Shown here one piece after another: positions 39,178-48,400 of a stretch of 64,000 nt of DNA. The stretch spans positions 1,104-65,103 of the forward strand of contig CAMIIO010000002.1 in the NCBI GenBank assembly GCA_946221065.1, given 5' to 3'. The position numbers and the translations under genes are program-made. The notes beneath the pieces are model-generated. The model saw only the letters and a list, made by a program, of their open reading frames with translations, was not told the DNA's origin and ran no database searches. Within the stretch, counting starts at the first letter, position 1. Each line of letters opens with the position of its first letter. Source of the stretch: an uncultured Rothia sp. Its GTDB lineage: Bacteria > Actinomycetota > Actinomycetes > Actinomycetales > Micrococcaceae.

Positions 39178-39869
39178 ATTGACCTTGCGGTCTTTGCGGT
39201 AGCCATTGGAGGCTTCAGAATCTCCCCATTGAGACTCTTCTTCATCGAGTTCCCTAAAGCTTTGATCTTTACTCAAAGCTCTCGATGATGCATAAGCAAT
39301 CCCGGTTCCCTAGCCGCCTTCCATACGGGGGGTATGGTGGCACATTCCGGTCTTGCATTCCCTATTTTGTTATAAGGCTCTAGTTTCCCTAAGAGAGCCT
39401 TTACCTTGAACACGATAGATGCTTTGCGAGAACAGCTATCAGATTAACTCGATCACTACCGGTGCGTTATTCAGGGTGCTTCCCTGGAGTAGCTCGAACA
39501 TCAACCCTTGGAGTTCAAGGTGCGGTTTTTACACCGTCACTAATAAAGAGTGAGTTAGGGGCAAATCATGACGGAAAAATCAGAAGTTTTTTAAGAAATT
39601 TTTGCAAACCTCCCCCAAGTACCGTCTGACTAGGGGAAACAGTAAATATTTTTTCTTCGTTTTTGATGATTTTTTTACTAGCAGAACGCCTCGCAGAAGG
39701 TTTTTACCTTCTAAGCCTCCAATTTCGCTCGCAACGACGTCGCGCAGGGGTTCGACAACAGCAGAGATTCCACTTCCAAAAACTTGTTATTTTGAGTAAC
39801 TAAAAATAGACTAGCGAGGATAGAAAGCTTTACAGCAGACCCTACTATATGGAAGAGGAGGAGGTCACG

Positions 39870-40373
39870 ATGATCATCCAAACACCATTATCAACAGAGC
39901 AGCTGGCAGAAGCTTGGGCAGCGAATTTACGTGCCAAAGGCAGACGCGTCACCAAACAGCGCCTTGCAGTGTTGGCTGCGGTACAAAATCACCCGCACGC
40001 CACCGCTGAAGAAATTGTTCACGGCGTACGTGAACAGATACCGGCAATTACCGTGCAATCCGTGTACGTCATCCTTTCGGATCTAGTAGCCATCGACATG
40101 CTCCGCCGTTTTGAACCACCGGGAACACCGGCACTCTACGAAACCCGCACCGGCGATAATCACCACCATGCTTTCTGTATCCGTTGCGGCAAAGTACAAG
40201 ACGTCGATTGCGCCGTAGGGTCCGCGCCATGTCTAGTCCCCAGCGACTACCACGGAATGGCACTGCTCTCTGCCGATGTGCTTTACCAGGGCATTTGCAC
40301 CTCATGCCAAAATGAAGAAGAAGCAGCTCTAGCCGCCCGCCAACAAGAAGCAGCTCACAAGCTCGCACTATAA
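39870..40373 (+). CDS. Fur-family metalloregulator (Fur/Zur/PerR-type)
   Basis: Winged helix plus 'HHHAFCIRCG…C…C' metal-site pattern. Start set at the second ATG (39870); the repeated GAGGAGGAGG before it is an ideal RBS. The tracked ORF starts at 39849. Confidence 0.82.
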   Translation: MIIQTPLSTEQLAEAWAANLRAKGRRVTKQRLAVLAAVQNHPHATAEEIVHGVREQIPAITVQSVYVILSDLVAIDMLRRFEPPGTPALYETRTGDNHHHAFCIRCGKVQDVDCAVGSAPCLVPSDYHGMALLSADVLYQGICTSCQNEEEAALAARQQEAAHKLAL

Positions 40374-40403
40374 AAGGCAGCTATTATCAGCGTTCTGTAT
40401 AAA

Positions 40404-40448
40404 CTAAAAGCGATCGGATACTTCAAGTATCCGATCGCTTTCAATCTC
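40404..40448. terminator. Bidirectional terminator between fur and the convergent hypothetical gene
   Basis: 14–15 bp perfect stem (aaagcgatcggatac / gtatccgatcgcttt) with loop ttcaa. On the minus strand it is followed by ttttagttta. Confidence 0.65.
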
Positions 40449-40503
40449 AGCTTCTGAGCAAACGCAACACCTCAAGAATTTCTAGTGCATCGCAATTTTT
40501 CAG

Positions 40504-41823
40504 TTATGCCGCGGTAGTTGCTGCCTCCACAATAGAAACCAACTCGCGTACCTGTTTGATAGGCAGGGTTGCAGAAGGATTGAGCGCGTTAATACGCACA
40601 CCCACAGCACCCAGCTGATCAGCAAATTTCAGCACCTCCAAAGCAGGAGCCGAACGTACTTCTAACGCGGGATCGAGAGCCGCAACTTCTGCCGCAGAGG
40701 TAAAGAGCATCATAATCTCCGGTGTTTTCCCCTCGGGCGCCGGAACAAAAATGGGCGAATCGGTGCCAGGACGTACCCCCATCAGCAACACGGCACTAGG
40801 AGCAACTAATGAGCTCAACAGATTCTGCATATCCCCCGCCATAAGCGCCTTCTTAGCGGCATCATTATGCGGAGAACGCAGAACCCAGCCAATCTGAGGC
40901 TTCTCAATAAAACACTCATGCGGAGTGCCGGGGTCAACCACAATCACATCGCAGGTATCGTCAGCAAGGAAATCCATATAAGCCTTTGCCGTGTGTTCAC
41001 GCAAAATCACCGGTTCGTCGCTGGATCCCAACCGCTCATGATTAGCGTGAATTACCTCAGAGCTGGAGTACAAGCACAAGGCTCGCAGTCCATTACTCAA
41101 ACGCAACACACGGTAGCGAATAGTAGACTGAGGCCCCATCTTCTGCTCACCCAGCGGAACAAAATCTGAATCACTAATATCCAACAGAATTTCGCCGCCC
41201 AACGATGCGCGAAGCACGCTAATCACGCTTTCATCGGTGCGTACTCCTTGAGCCTGTTGCAACGCAGTAACAAGGTACGGATTCGGAATCTCAAATTCTG
41301 AAGCTGCCTGCTCCTCAGGCTCCGGACGACGGCGTCCCATGAGGCGCTGCTTACCCCACTCGGGAATCTGACTATTATCACGCGGAAATTCCGCCAAATG
41401 AGCACGTAGCTCTCGCGCGGTCAGGCGACCTTCACCTTCCCAGTCTTGCGGCTCATCTTGACGATTATATGCCGCGCCGATTTCATATTCAGGGTTGGGC
41501 CAGTTTTTAGCTGTGATAATAACAGTAGCGGTAAACCAGGTGCCTTCTCGCTCATCATAAGCGGCGTGCTGCAGCTTCTCGATTTCCGGAATAACCTGCG
41601 AATCTTCTTTCAACGGTCCAATGCTACCCACGTAGTCGGCGTCGTCGCGGCTTTCGGTAATACGAATAAAGAATTGATTACTCAGCGGTTTGATATCCAA
41701 AACCAGCTCATTCCAGCCTGGTTCAGCTTTAACCGTGCCCAAAAGCCAGCTGCCAATACGGGTCAAGGCCTCGTCAATCATGGCAGGACGGTCTGAAGCT
41801 ATGTAACGCGGTGTATGAGTCAT
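40504..41823 (-). CDS. Hypothetical protein, 439 aa (possible SseB-like C-terminal region; low certainty)
   Basis: Soluble and acidic, with no TM helices. No confident family assignment from motifs. Divergent from 42147..43550 across a shared 320-bp AT-richer region. Confidence 0.45.
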   Translation of the reverse strand: MTHTPRYIASDRPAMIDEALTRIGSWLLGTVKAEPGWNELVLDIKPLSNQFFIRITESRDDADYVGSIGPLKEDSQVIPEIEKLQHAAYDEREGTWFTATVIITAKNWPNPEYEIGAAYNRQDEPQDWEGEGRLTARELRAHLAEFPRDNSQIPEWGKQRLMGRRRPEPEEQAASEFEIPNPYLVTALQQAQGVRTDESVISVLRASLGGEILLDISDSDFVPLGEQKMGPQSTIRYRVLRLSNGLRALCLYSSSEVIHANHERLGSSDEPVILREHTAKAYMDFLADDTCDVIVVDPGTPHECFIEKPQIGWVLRSPHNDAAKKALMAGDMQNLLSSLVAPSAVLLMGVRPGTDSPIFVPAPEGKTPEIMMLFTSAAEVAALDPALEVRSAPALEVLKFADQLGAVGVRINALNPSATLPIKQVRELVSIVEAATTAA

Positions 41824-42146
41824 GGTGTGGTGTTCTTTCTGGCTATGTGCGAGAGTCCAAGTGAATTAGGGAACTCATTCATGGAGAACTGGCGTCTAGG
41901 GCACCCCTCTGCCCTAGGTACTTTGTATTAAACCAAGTTTTTGTTGGTTTGGAAGCTTAAATTCGTATGACTACACCAGGACTCTTTGTGGAGAAGATAT
42001 ACATTAATGGTGACAAAATACCCCATATTGTCTGGCAGGGGTAGACCTATACCACTATTTTTGATTGCTCATACCGGTAAGAAGTCTCCTGTCTTTTCCG
42101 TGAAATAAGTCCCTGATTTGCGCGAACTATTGCTAGCCTTAACAAC

Positions 42147-43550
42147 ATGACTAAAACACTGCAGGATTTGATTGACGAATCAATCTTTTTGTCCACAGAA
42201 TACCAAGCACGCCTGGCAGAAATCTCCCAGAGCTCCGAGTGGACCGTGGATTTTTCCGCACCGTCATTCACCCTACAGTCTGATAGCTCAGTGACTCTCA
42301 CTCCTTACCTCCTCGGTACAGAGTCCGAGAACCGCGGTTCATGGATTTGGTCCTGGCAAGAACTAGGCCACTTTCCTGACGCCGTAGTGTCCGCTGCAAT
42401 TCAGGCTCGGGAATTTGGCGTTCAACAGGGAATCTCCGAGCTCACCACCGACGAACTTCCCCTTTCCGAAGGGCTAGCGCGCCGGGTTACCCTCGCTTCT
42501 AAGGCTGTCTCCGGTATTTACGCTCACTACCCCGTTACCGCCGGAGCAGGAGTACGCGCATGGATTCTGGTAGAAGGCGACGCCCTAGAACTCGAGGCGC
42601 CCACTGTTAACCGCATGGGACGGGTGATGGCCGAGTCCCTCAAAAACAACACTATTGTGAATCAGCAACGAGCGGTAGACTCCTACGCCCGTATGCGCGG
42701 TGCACACATTGAGTGGGATACCGAAGCCACCGCCGTCATCACCGCTACCGACGGCGCACTGCGTCTTTGGTTCGACAACGGCAAGATCTCCGGCATTGAA
42801 GTAGCTGACCCTGCCGTGGATTCACAGGATTTGAACCGCTGTGCAGAAAATGCGGTTTCCTTGCGAGAGAGCAAAGCAGCAGAGCGCCGCGAAGTAGAAC
42901 GTATTGCCGCTTCGGAGGCTGAACAGCAGAAGCAAGAACGCGAGCGTGCACAACGTGCCGAGGATCAGGCCCGTGAGGCGGAGGCTCGCCGCGAGCAGGA
43001 ACGCACGGAGCAAGAAGCCGCGCAGAATCAGCAGCCAGAGATTCCCGAGTTCGTGGCAGAACCTGCTCAGCCTGAGGTAGAGGAGCGCATCGAGGAAGAA
43101 GAGATCGAAGGTGTTACTACCACCGATCGAGTGTACCCCGATGCCGAGCAGCCTTACGATCAGGAGCCGAGCGAGAATGTTAAGCCCGGTCGGGTCACAA
43201 CTTCCGGGGTGCCTTCCGAGCAGCTAGTTGATGAGGATCGCTCTACGGATGATGGCCGTCGCGCGGAACAGCATGTTGCCGAAGAACCTGCAGCTACCGA
43301 GGTGGACGAGTCACTGAAGGCTCCTGCTCGTGAAGTTGTTGAGGAGGATCGTCAGCAAGAAGCTGAAGAGCGTTTCTCCACCGATGAGCACGCAGCGCAA
43401 GAAGAGGCTCAGCAGGGGCACTCTCGTCCCGCGGCATTCCGTGTGGCAGGGGATGCTCCCGATCTTGAAGCCGAGCGTAAAGAGGCAGAGTCCGCTCCGC
43501 GCAAGAAAGAAGAGAAGAAGGGCTTCTTCTCTCGTTTCTTCGGTCTGTAG
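42147..43550 (+). CDS. Hypothetical protein: ~240-aa folded N-terminal domain plus ~220-aa E/R/Q/A-rich disordered tail ending in a 'KKGFFSRFFGL' amphipathic motif
   Basis: Charge-rich low-complexity C-terminal half ('ERERAQRAEDQAREAEARREQERTEQEAAQ…'). Terminal FF-x-x-FF motif. Terminator follows at 43576..43612. Confidence 0.5.
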   Translation: MTKTLQDLIDESIFLSTEYQARLAEISQSSEWTVDFSAPSFTLQSDSSVTLTPYLLGTESENRGSWIWSWQELGHFPDAVVSAAIQAREFGVQQGISELTTDELPLSEGLARRVTLASKAVSGIYAHYPVTAGAGVRAWILVEGDALELEAPTVNRMGRVMAESLKNNTIVNQQRAVDSYARMRGAHIEWDTEATAVITATDGALRLWFDNGKISGIEVADPAVDSQDLNRCAENAVSLRESKAAERREVERIAASEAEQQKQERERAQRAEDQAREAEARREQERTEQEAAQNQQPEIPEFVAEPAQPEVEERIEEEEIEGVTTTDRVYPDAEQPYDQEPSENVKPGRVTTSGVPSEQLVDEDRSTDDGRRAEQHVAEEPAATEVDESLKAPAREVVEEDRQQEAEERFSTDEHAAQEEAQQGHSRPAAFRVAGDAPDLEAERKEAESAPRKKEEKKGFFSRFFGL

Positions 43551-43575
43551 AATCGGAAGGTTCTTTATTTAAGGG

Positions 43576-43612
43576 ATATGTGAGAAAGGTCCCCGGCATG
43601 TTACGCCGGGGA
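43576..43612 (+). terminator. Intrinsic terminator after 42147..43550
   Basis: 12–13 bp stem (aaaggtccccggc / gccggggaccttt) with loop atgttac, followed by ttttgggtg. Confidence 0.65.
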
Positions 43613-43653
43613 CCTTTTGGGTGAATTAGTGGCACTTAGTTAAGGTAAATCTT

Positions 43654-44685
43654 TTGCAACAATCTTTTTCGGCGTCTTCTCCGCACAAGCGTATGTGGGA
43701 TTCTGGATATCTTTCGATTATTTGTACTCATTTGTTGTGGGGTATGCTCCCGCTATATTTTGTGTACACCGCCCCTGCTAGCGCGTATGAGGTAGTAGCG
43801 GCACGAATACTTTTTTCGGTGGCAGTATGTTCGGTGGTGCTTAGCGTATTGCGGGGTGGTTGGCGAGATTTTTGGGTGATTGTGCGTCAACGGCAATTAC
43901 TTGCGGTACTCTGTGCGGCGTCGTTATTGATTGGCTGTAATTGGCTGTTGTATGTGTTTGCAACAACTTCTGGGCATACGTTGGACGCTTCGCTGGGCTA
44001 TTTTATGAACCCGCTGCTTTCCGTGCTTTTGGGTGTTATTTTTCTGGGTGAGCGGCTTCGTCCGCTGCAGTGGACGGCTGTGGGGTTAGCTGCCACGGCG
44101 GTGCTGGTGATGAGTGTTCTTTACGGGCATGTGCCGTGGATTGGGTTAGGTCTTGCCACGAGTTTTGGGCTCTATGGTTTGGTCAAGAATAAGGTTGGCG
44201 GCAGGGTTACTCCGCTTCAGTCTTTCACTGTAGAATCTGCCGCTTTGGTGCCCTTGGCTGTAGTGTGTATGGTGCTTTTTGCTCAGGCTGGATCGCTCAC
44301 GTTGTTTTCTCATGGTGTTGGTCATTTCTTGGCTCTTGCAGCTTCTGGTGTGATTACTGCGGTGCCGCTTCTTCTCTTTGCCGACGCTGCGTCCAAGCTA
44401 CCGCTTTCAATTGTGGGAATGGTGCAGTATGTGAGTCCCACAATTCAGTTTTTGGTGGCTTTACTTATTTTCAAGGAGACTCTGGTGCCTATTCAGCTCT
44501 TTGGTTTTATTGCGGTGTGGGTAGCTTGTTTCTTGTTCACTTTTGACGCTGTGCGTGCCTCTCGGGTGTCTCGTCGGGCGCAGCGGCACACTAGCTATTC
44601 GTCGGAGAGCGCGGAGTTCGCGGCAACTGGTTCGCTGGGGATTGTGACGAAAAGCATATTGAGGAATATCGGCAACAAAATATAA
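43654..44685 (+). CDS. rarD: RarD-type EamA/DMT transporter
   Basis: 10-TM DMT protein. 'LLWGMLPLYF' RarD N-terminal signature. Start uncertain. Confidence 0.78.
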   Translation: MQQSFSASSPHKRMWDSGYLSIICTHLLWGMLPLYFVYTAPASAYEVVAARILFSVAVCSVVLSVLRGGWRDFWVIVRQRQLLAVLCAASLLIGCNWLLYVFATTSGHTLDASLGYFMNPLLSVLLGVIFLGERLRPLQWTAVGLAATAVLVMSVLYGHVPWIGLGLATSFGLYGLVKNKVGGRVTPLQSFTVESAALVPLAVVCMVLFAQAGSLTLFSHGVGHFLALAASGVITAVPLLLFADAASKLPLSIVGMVQYVSPTIQFLVALLIFKETLVPIQLFGFIAVWVACFLFTFDAVRASRVSRRAQRHTSYSSESAEFAATGSLGIVTKSILRNIGNKI

Positions 44686-44762
44686 GTATGGAAAAATAAT
44701 ACAGGTTCCTTACGGGACGTTTTTCTGTAACTTTTCTCTAGAAGACCTGACCACCAAGGAGT

Positions 44763-46001
44763 TTGATGCTCTCCCCCACACATCGTTCCCGTAAAGATGC
44801 GCTCGTTCGCTTGCTCGGCCCGGCGTTTATTGCCGCAATTGCCTATGTAGACCCTGGAAATGTTGCGGCAAACATGACGGCAGGTGCTAGATATGGCTAC
44901 CTACTGCTTTGGGTTCTGGTTGTAGGTAACGTGATGGCTGTAGTAGTGCAGTATCAAGCGGCCAAGCTAGGGATAGTGACCGGGCAGTCCTTGCCGCAGG
45001 TGATGTCTGGACAACTTAGCAAACGTTCCCGTCTGCTCTATTGGGCGCAGGCAGAGTTGGTTATTTGTGCCACGGATCTGGCAGAAATTATTGGTGGAGC
45101 AATTGCTTTACAACTGCTTTTTGGTCTTCCTCTTGTTGTCGGTGGACTCATCACTACGGTTGTTTCTCTCTTATTGTTGAGTATTCAGAACAGACGTTCC
45201 CAGAGTATCTTTGAGTTCGTGGTGATGGGACTGCTACTCATCATTACCATCGGGTTTTTGACGGGCCTTTTCTTTCTTCCGCCTGATCCACAACAGATGG
45301 CTGTTGGCCTTATTCCCCGTTTTGACGGCGGAGATTCTGTACTAGTAGCGGCAAGCATGTTGGGCGCTACGGTCATGCCCCATGCTATTTATCTACACTC
45401 TTCACTAGTTATTCACCGGCACGGAGAAAAGTCACACCAAACACAAACGGTTCAACGGCTTCTGCAAGCAAGCCGGTGGGATGTGTTGCTGGCGCTGTTT
45501 ATTGCGGGAACCGTCAATATTGGGTTGCTTCTTCTGGCAGCTTCCGCCCTTCAAGGAGTACCCGGAACCGACGATATTGCCGGAGCACATCAAGCTATCC
45601 ATAATGCATTTGGCTCCTCGGTAGCATTTGTTTTTGCTATCGGCCTTCTTGCCTCGGGCTTAGCCTCCACCTCGGTAGGGTCCTACGCCGGTTCGGAAAT
45701 TATGCGGGGACTACTCAAAATTGATATACCGCTTTTAGCACGGCGCACACTCACGGCTCTTCCCGCGCTATTAATCTTAGGTCTAGGGATCAACCCCACG
45801 TTCGCACTCGTGCTATCCCAGGTGGTACTCAGCTTTGGCATTCCCTTCGCGCTGATTCCGCTGGTAAGGCTCACCTCCAGCAAAAAACTCATGGGCGCGT
45901 ACACCGACGTCGTCCCGCTACGCATATTTTCGTGGCTCAGTGTGGCTGTTGTTGTGGGACTGAACCTCCTACTTATTGTCCTCACACTCCAAGAAATATA
46001 G
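44763..46001 (+). CDS. mntH: NRAMP-family Mn2+/Fe2+:H+ transporter
   Basis: Canonical TM1 'AYVDPGN' and TM6 'ATVMPHAIYLHS' motifs. 412 aa. GGAG RBS. Confidence 0.87.
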   Translation: MMLSPTHRSRKDALVRLLGPAFIAAIAYVDPGNVAANMTAGARYGYLLLWVLVVGNVMAVVVQYQAAKLGIVTGQSLPQVMSGQLSKRSRLLYWAQAELVICATDLAEIIGGAIALQLLFGLPLVVGGLITTVVSLLLLSIQNRRSQSIFEFVVMGLLLIITIGFLTGLFFLPPDPQQMAVGLIPRFDGGDSVLVAASMLGATVMPHAIYLHSSLVIHRHGEKSHQTQTVQRLLQASRWDVLLALFIAGTVNIGLLLLAASALQGVPGTDDIAGAHQAIHNAFGSSVAFVFAIGLLASGLASTSVGSYAGSEIMRGLLKIDIPLLARRTLTALPALLILGLGINPTFALVLSQVVLSFGIPFALIPLVRLTSSKKLMGAYTDVVPLRIFSWLSVAVVVGLNLLLIVLTLQEI

Positions 46002-46017
46002 GCAAGAGATATAGAAA

Positions 46018-46058
46018 GCACCGTGGGTGAGAATCGTAAAGATTCTCACCCACGGTGC
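46018..46058. terminator. Bidirectional terminator between mntH and the convergent polyprenyl synthase gene
   Basis: Perfect 18-bp stem (gcaccgtgggtgagaatc / gattctcacccacggtgc) with loop gtaaa. T-tract on the minus strand. Confidence 0.65.
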
Positions 46059-46087
46059 GTATACGGGCTACATAGCGTATAGAAGGT

Positions 46088-47158
46088 TTATGCTTCCCTG
46101 TGAACGACGGCGTGGGCAAAAGATTTCAATGCTTGTTTAGCCGTGGAGTCCTCAAGGGGTTCTAGAACCGCGATGGCGTCGTCTGCCCACTGATATGCAA
46201 TGTTCCACGCCCGTTGGGTGACCGGATGAGCCGCGAGCGCCTCAACGGCCTGTGCCAAGGCGTCATCGCTACTCAAATCAGCCTGGATCAAACCAAGTAT
46301 GTGCTGCGCTTCGGGATCGCCCTTCTCCGCTTCTTGCTGCAATAAGATGGTGGGTAAAGTAGGAACGCCTTCCCGCAAATCGGTGCCGGAGGTTTTACCG
46401 GAGACGGTGTCCACGCCCGTCACGTCAATGACGTCGTCCGCTAGTTGAAAAGCCACGCCAACGAGCTCGCCGTAGCGGGCGAGAGTTTGTATGGTGGCCT
46501 CGGGAGCGCCCGAAAGAATGGTGCCGTAGGAGCCAGCTGCGGCAATGAGGGAGCCTGTCTTACCCTCGATTACGCGGATGTAGTGAGTGAGGAGGTCCTC
46601 CCCTGCTTCTGGTCCGGTGGTTTCAAAGAGTTGTCCAAGTACTAAGCGTTCAAAGGTCATTGCCTGCACGGTCATGGCACGTTGCCCCAGGTCCGCTACC
46701 ATTCGTGAGGCGCGAGAAAAAATTAGGTCACCTGTCAAAATAGCCACGGAGTTACCCCAAATATTCTGGGCGGTATCGACTCCGCGGCGCTTGGGCGCGT
46801 CATCCATCACGTCGTCGTGGTAAAGAGTTGCCAGGTGGGTAAGTTCCACGATCACCGCTGCGTCTAGCACCTGATCGTTGATATCTCCGTGGACGGCGGC
46901 AGCTAATAAGGTCAGTAGCGGACGCACACGCTTACCGCCGGCGTCTAGAAGGTGCCGGGATGCAACGTCTGCAATACGTGAGCTCTGCGCTACGGCACGA
47001 CTCAGACGCTGTTCAATCTCCGCTAATGACTGCACAATTTGCGGTCCTAGCTTCTCGTCCTGCGCAATAATCTCAAAGCCTTTGGGCAGGTCAAATTCAA
47101 GATCGCTCATGAGCTGCGCCAAAGCACCAGATTCAGAATTGTGCTGATTGTCTGTCAC
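46088..47158 (-). CDS. Polyprenyl diphosphate synthase (trans-IPPS, heptaprenyl/decaprenyl-type; menaquinone side chain)
   Basis: FARM 'DDVMDD' and SARM 'DDVIDV' motifs. Position next to menG as in Mycobacterium grcC1. Confidence 0.85.
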   Translation of the reverse strand: MTDNQHNSESGALAQLMSDLEFDLPKGFEIIAQDEKLGPQIVQSLAEIEQRLSRAVAQSSRIADVASRHLLDAGGKRVRPLLTLLAAAVHGDINDQVLDAAVIVELTHLATLYHDDVMDDAPKRRGVDTAQNIWGNSVAILTGDLIFSRASRMVADLGQRAMTVQAMTFERLVLGQLFETTGPEAGEDLLTHYIRVIEGKTGSLIAAAGSYGTILSGAPEATIQTLARYGELVGVAFQLADDVIDVTGVDTVSGKTSGTDLREGVPTLPTILLQQEAEKGDPEAQHILGLIQADLSSDDALAQAVEALAAHPVTQRAWNIAYQWADDAIAVLEPLEDSTAKQALKSFAHAVVHREA

Positions 47159-47191
47159 GCTAGGTATCTTTTCTTCTCGTCTATCTAGGTA

Positions 47192-47899
47192 TTAGTTACC
47201 GCGGTTAGCAGGTTTGAAACCACGGTGAATTGCCACAATGCCGCCGGTGAGGTTGCGGTATTTTACGTTTTCCCAGCCTGCTTCGGTAAAAGCTTGCGCT
47301 AGTTCGTCTTGCCCTGGCCAGTCAATAATAGATTCTGCCAGATATTCATAGGATTCGGGGTTAGAAGAGAGTGCCCGTGCCACAGGCGGGAATGCCTTCA
47401 TGATGTAGTTCTTGTACAGTACGCGAAAGGGCTTCCAGGTGGGCGTGGAAAATTCCAGCACCACAATACGTCCGCCGGGTTTGGTGACTCTGAGGAGTTC
47501 GCGTAGTGCTTTGGGGTATTCAGAGACGTTGCGCAGACCGTAAGACATGGTGACGGCGTCAAATTCTTCATCAGCAAACGGCAGGTTAGTAACATCTGCT
47601 TGAACAAAGGTGATGTCCGGGCGACGACGACGGCCCACTTCCAACATGCCTTCGGAGAGGTCTGCGGCGATAACGTCCGCGCCGAGATCTGCAAAGGGTT
47701 CGGAGGATGTGCCGGTCCCGGCGGCGATGTCCAAGATACGCTGACCTTGGGTGGCTTCTACGGCTTTGACGGTTTGGGCACGCCAGTAAATCTGTTGGCC
47801 TCCGGAGAGGATGCCGTTCATCAGATCGTATCGTTCCGCCACTTGGTCAAACATGGAGGCGATATCTGCGGTGTTTTTATCAAGGTCTGCACGATTCAC
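47192..47899 (-). CDS. menG: Demethylmenaquinone methyltransferase (UbiE/MenG)
   Basis: SAM-binding 'ILDIAAGTG' and the UbiE family N-terminus 'FDQVAERYDLMN'. Confidence 0.9.
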   Translation of the reverse strand: MNRADLDKNTADIASMFDQVAERYDLMNGILSGGQQIYWRAQTVKAVEATQGQRILDIAAGTGTSSEPFADLGADVIAADLSEGMLEVGRRRRPDITFVQADVTNLPFADEEFDAVTMSYGLRNVSEYPKALRELLRVTKPGGRIVVLEFSTPTWKPFRVLYKNYIMKAFPPVARALSSNPESYEYLAESIIDWPGQDELAQAFTEAGWENVKYRNLTGGIVAIHRGFKPANRGN

Positions 47900-47956
47900 C
47901 TTGTTATTGTTTCATGTTTAGCTTCAAAGCTCACAGCCGATACCGCGATTTATACA

Positions 47957-48334
47957 TTAAATACTACGAACCTCACTGTTGATCTGGGGTTCGGGGTGTT
48001 TTTCACCGGTCAGCATGGTTACTAGGATTGTGGCTGGATCCACGGCGATGAGCTCGTGAAGTAAGTGGTCGGTGAGGTGAATAAGGGTTCCTGGTGTCAG
48101 AGTGATTTCTTCTTCTTTGACGGTAAATTTTACTGTTCCTTTGAGCGCTTGAACCGTAATGGGGTGTACGCTGTGGTGTTCCCGGAAGGTCTGCCCGGCA
48201 GCAAATTCGATGAGGGTGATGGATGCGCCATCTACGTCCATGAGTTTTTGGGCATGCGGCTTGTTCTCAAAGGGTTGTAGCCGATGGGTGAGGTCCGTTA
48301 GTTCCAGAACGGTTCCGCTGTGAGTTCCTCGCAC
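47957..48334 (-). CDS. Cupin-domain protein
   Basis: 125 aa with a single cupin barrel pattern (G(X)5HxH…). Confidence 0.55.
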   Translation of the reverse strand: MRGTHSGTVLELTDLTHRLQPFENKPHAQKLMDVDGASITLIEFAAGQTFREHHSVHPITVQALKGTVKFTVKEEEITLTPGTLIHLTDHLLHELIAVDPATILVTMLTGEKHPEPQINSEVRSI

Positions 48335-48400
48335 AGTATGCTCCTTTATTCTCGTGACTTCCCAGATTCTTGTGGGGTTATTACCACTCTAGGGGGTTAA

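Noticed and set aside
38670-39245. 191-aa minus-strand ORF
   Set aside because: It overlaps the first 250 nt of the sigma-fusion gene in another frame and extends into the AT-rich spacer. It has low-complexity composition and no RBS.
39602-39799. 65-aa ORF in the AT-rich spacer upstream of fur
   Set aside because: Low-complexity translation ('YFFFVFDDFF…'). It overlaps the fur promoter/RBS region and has no RBS.
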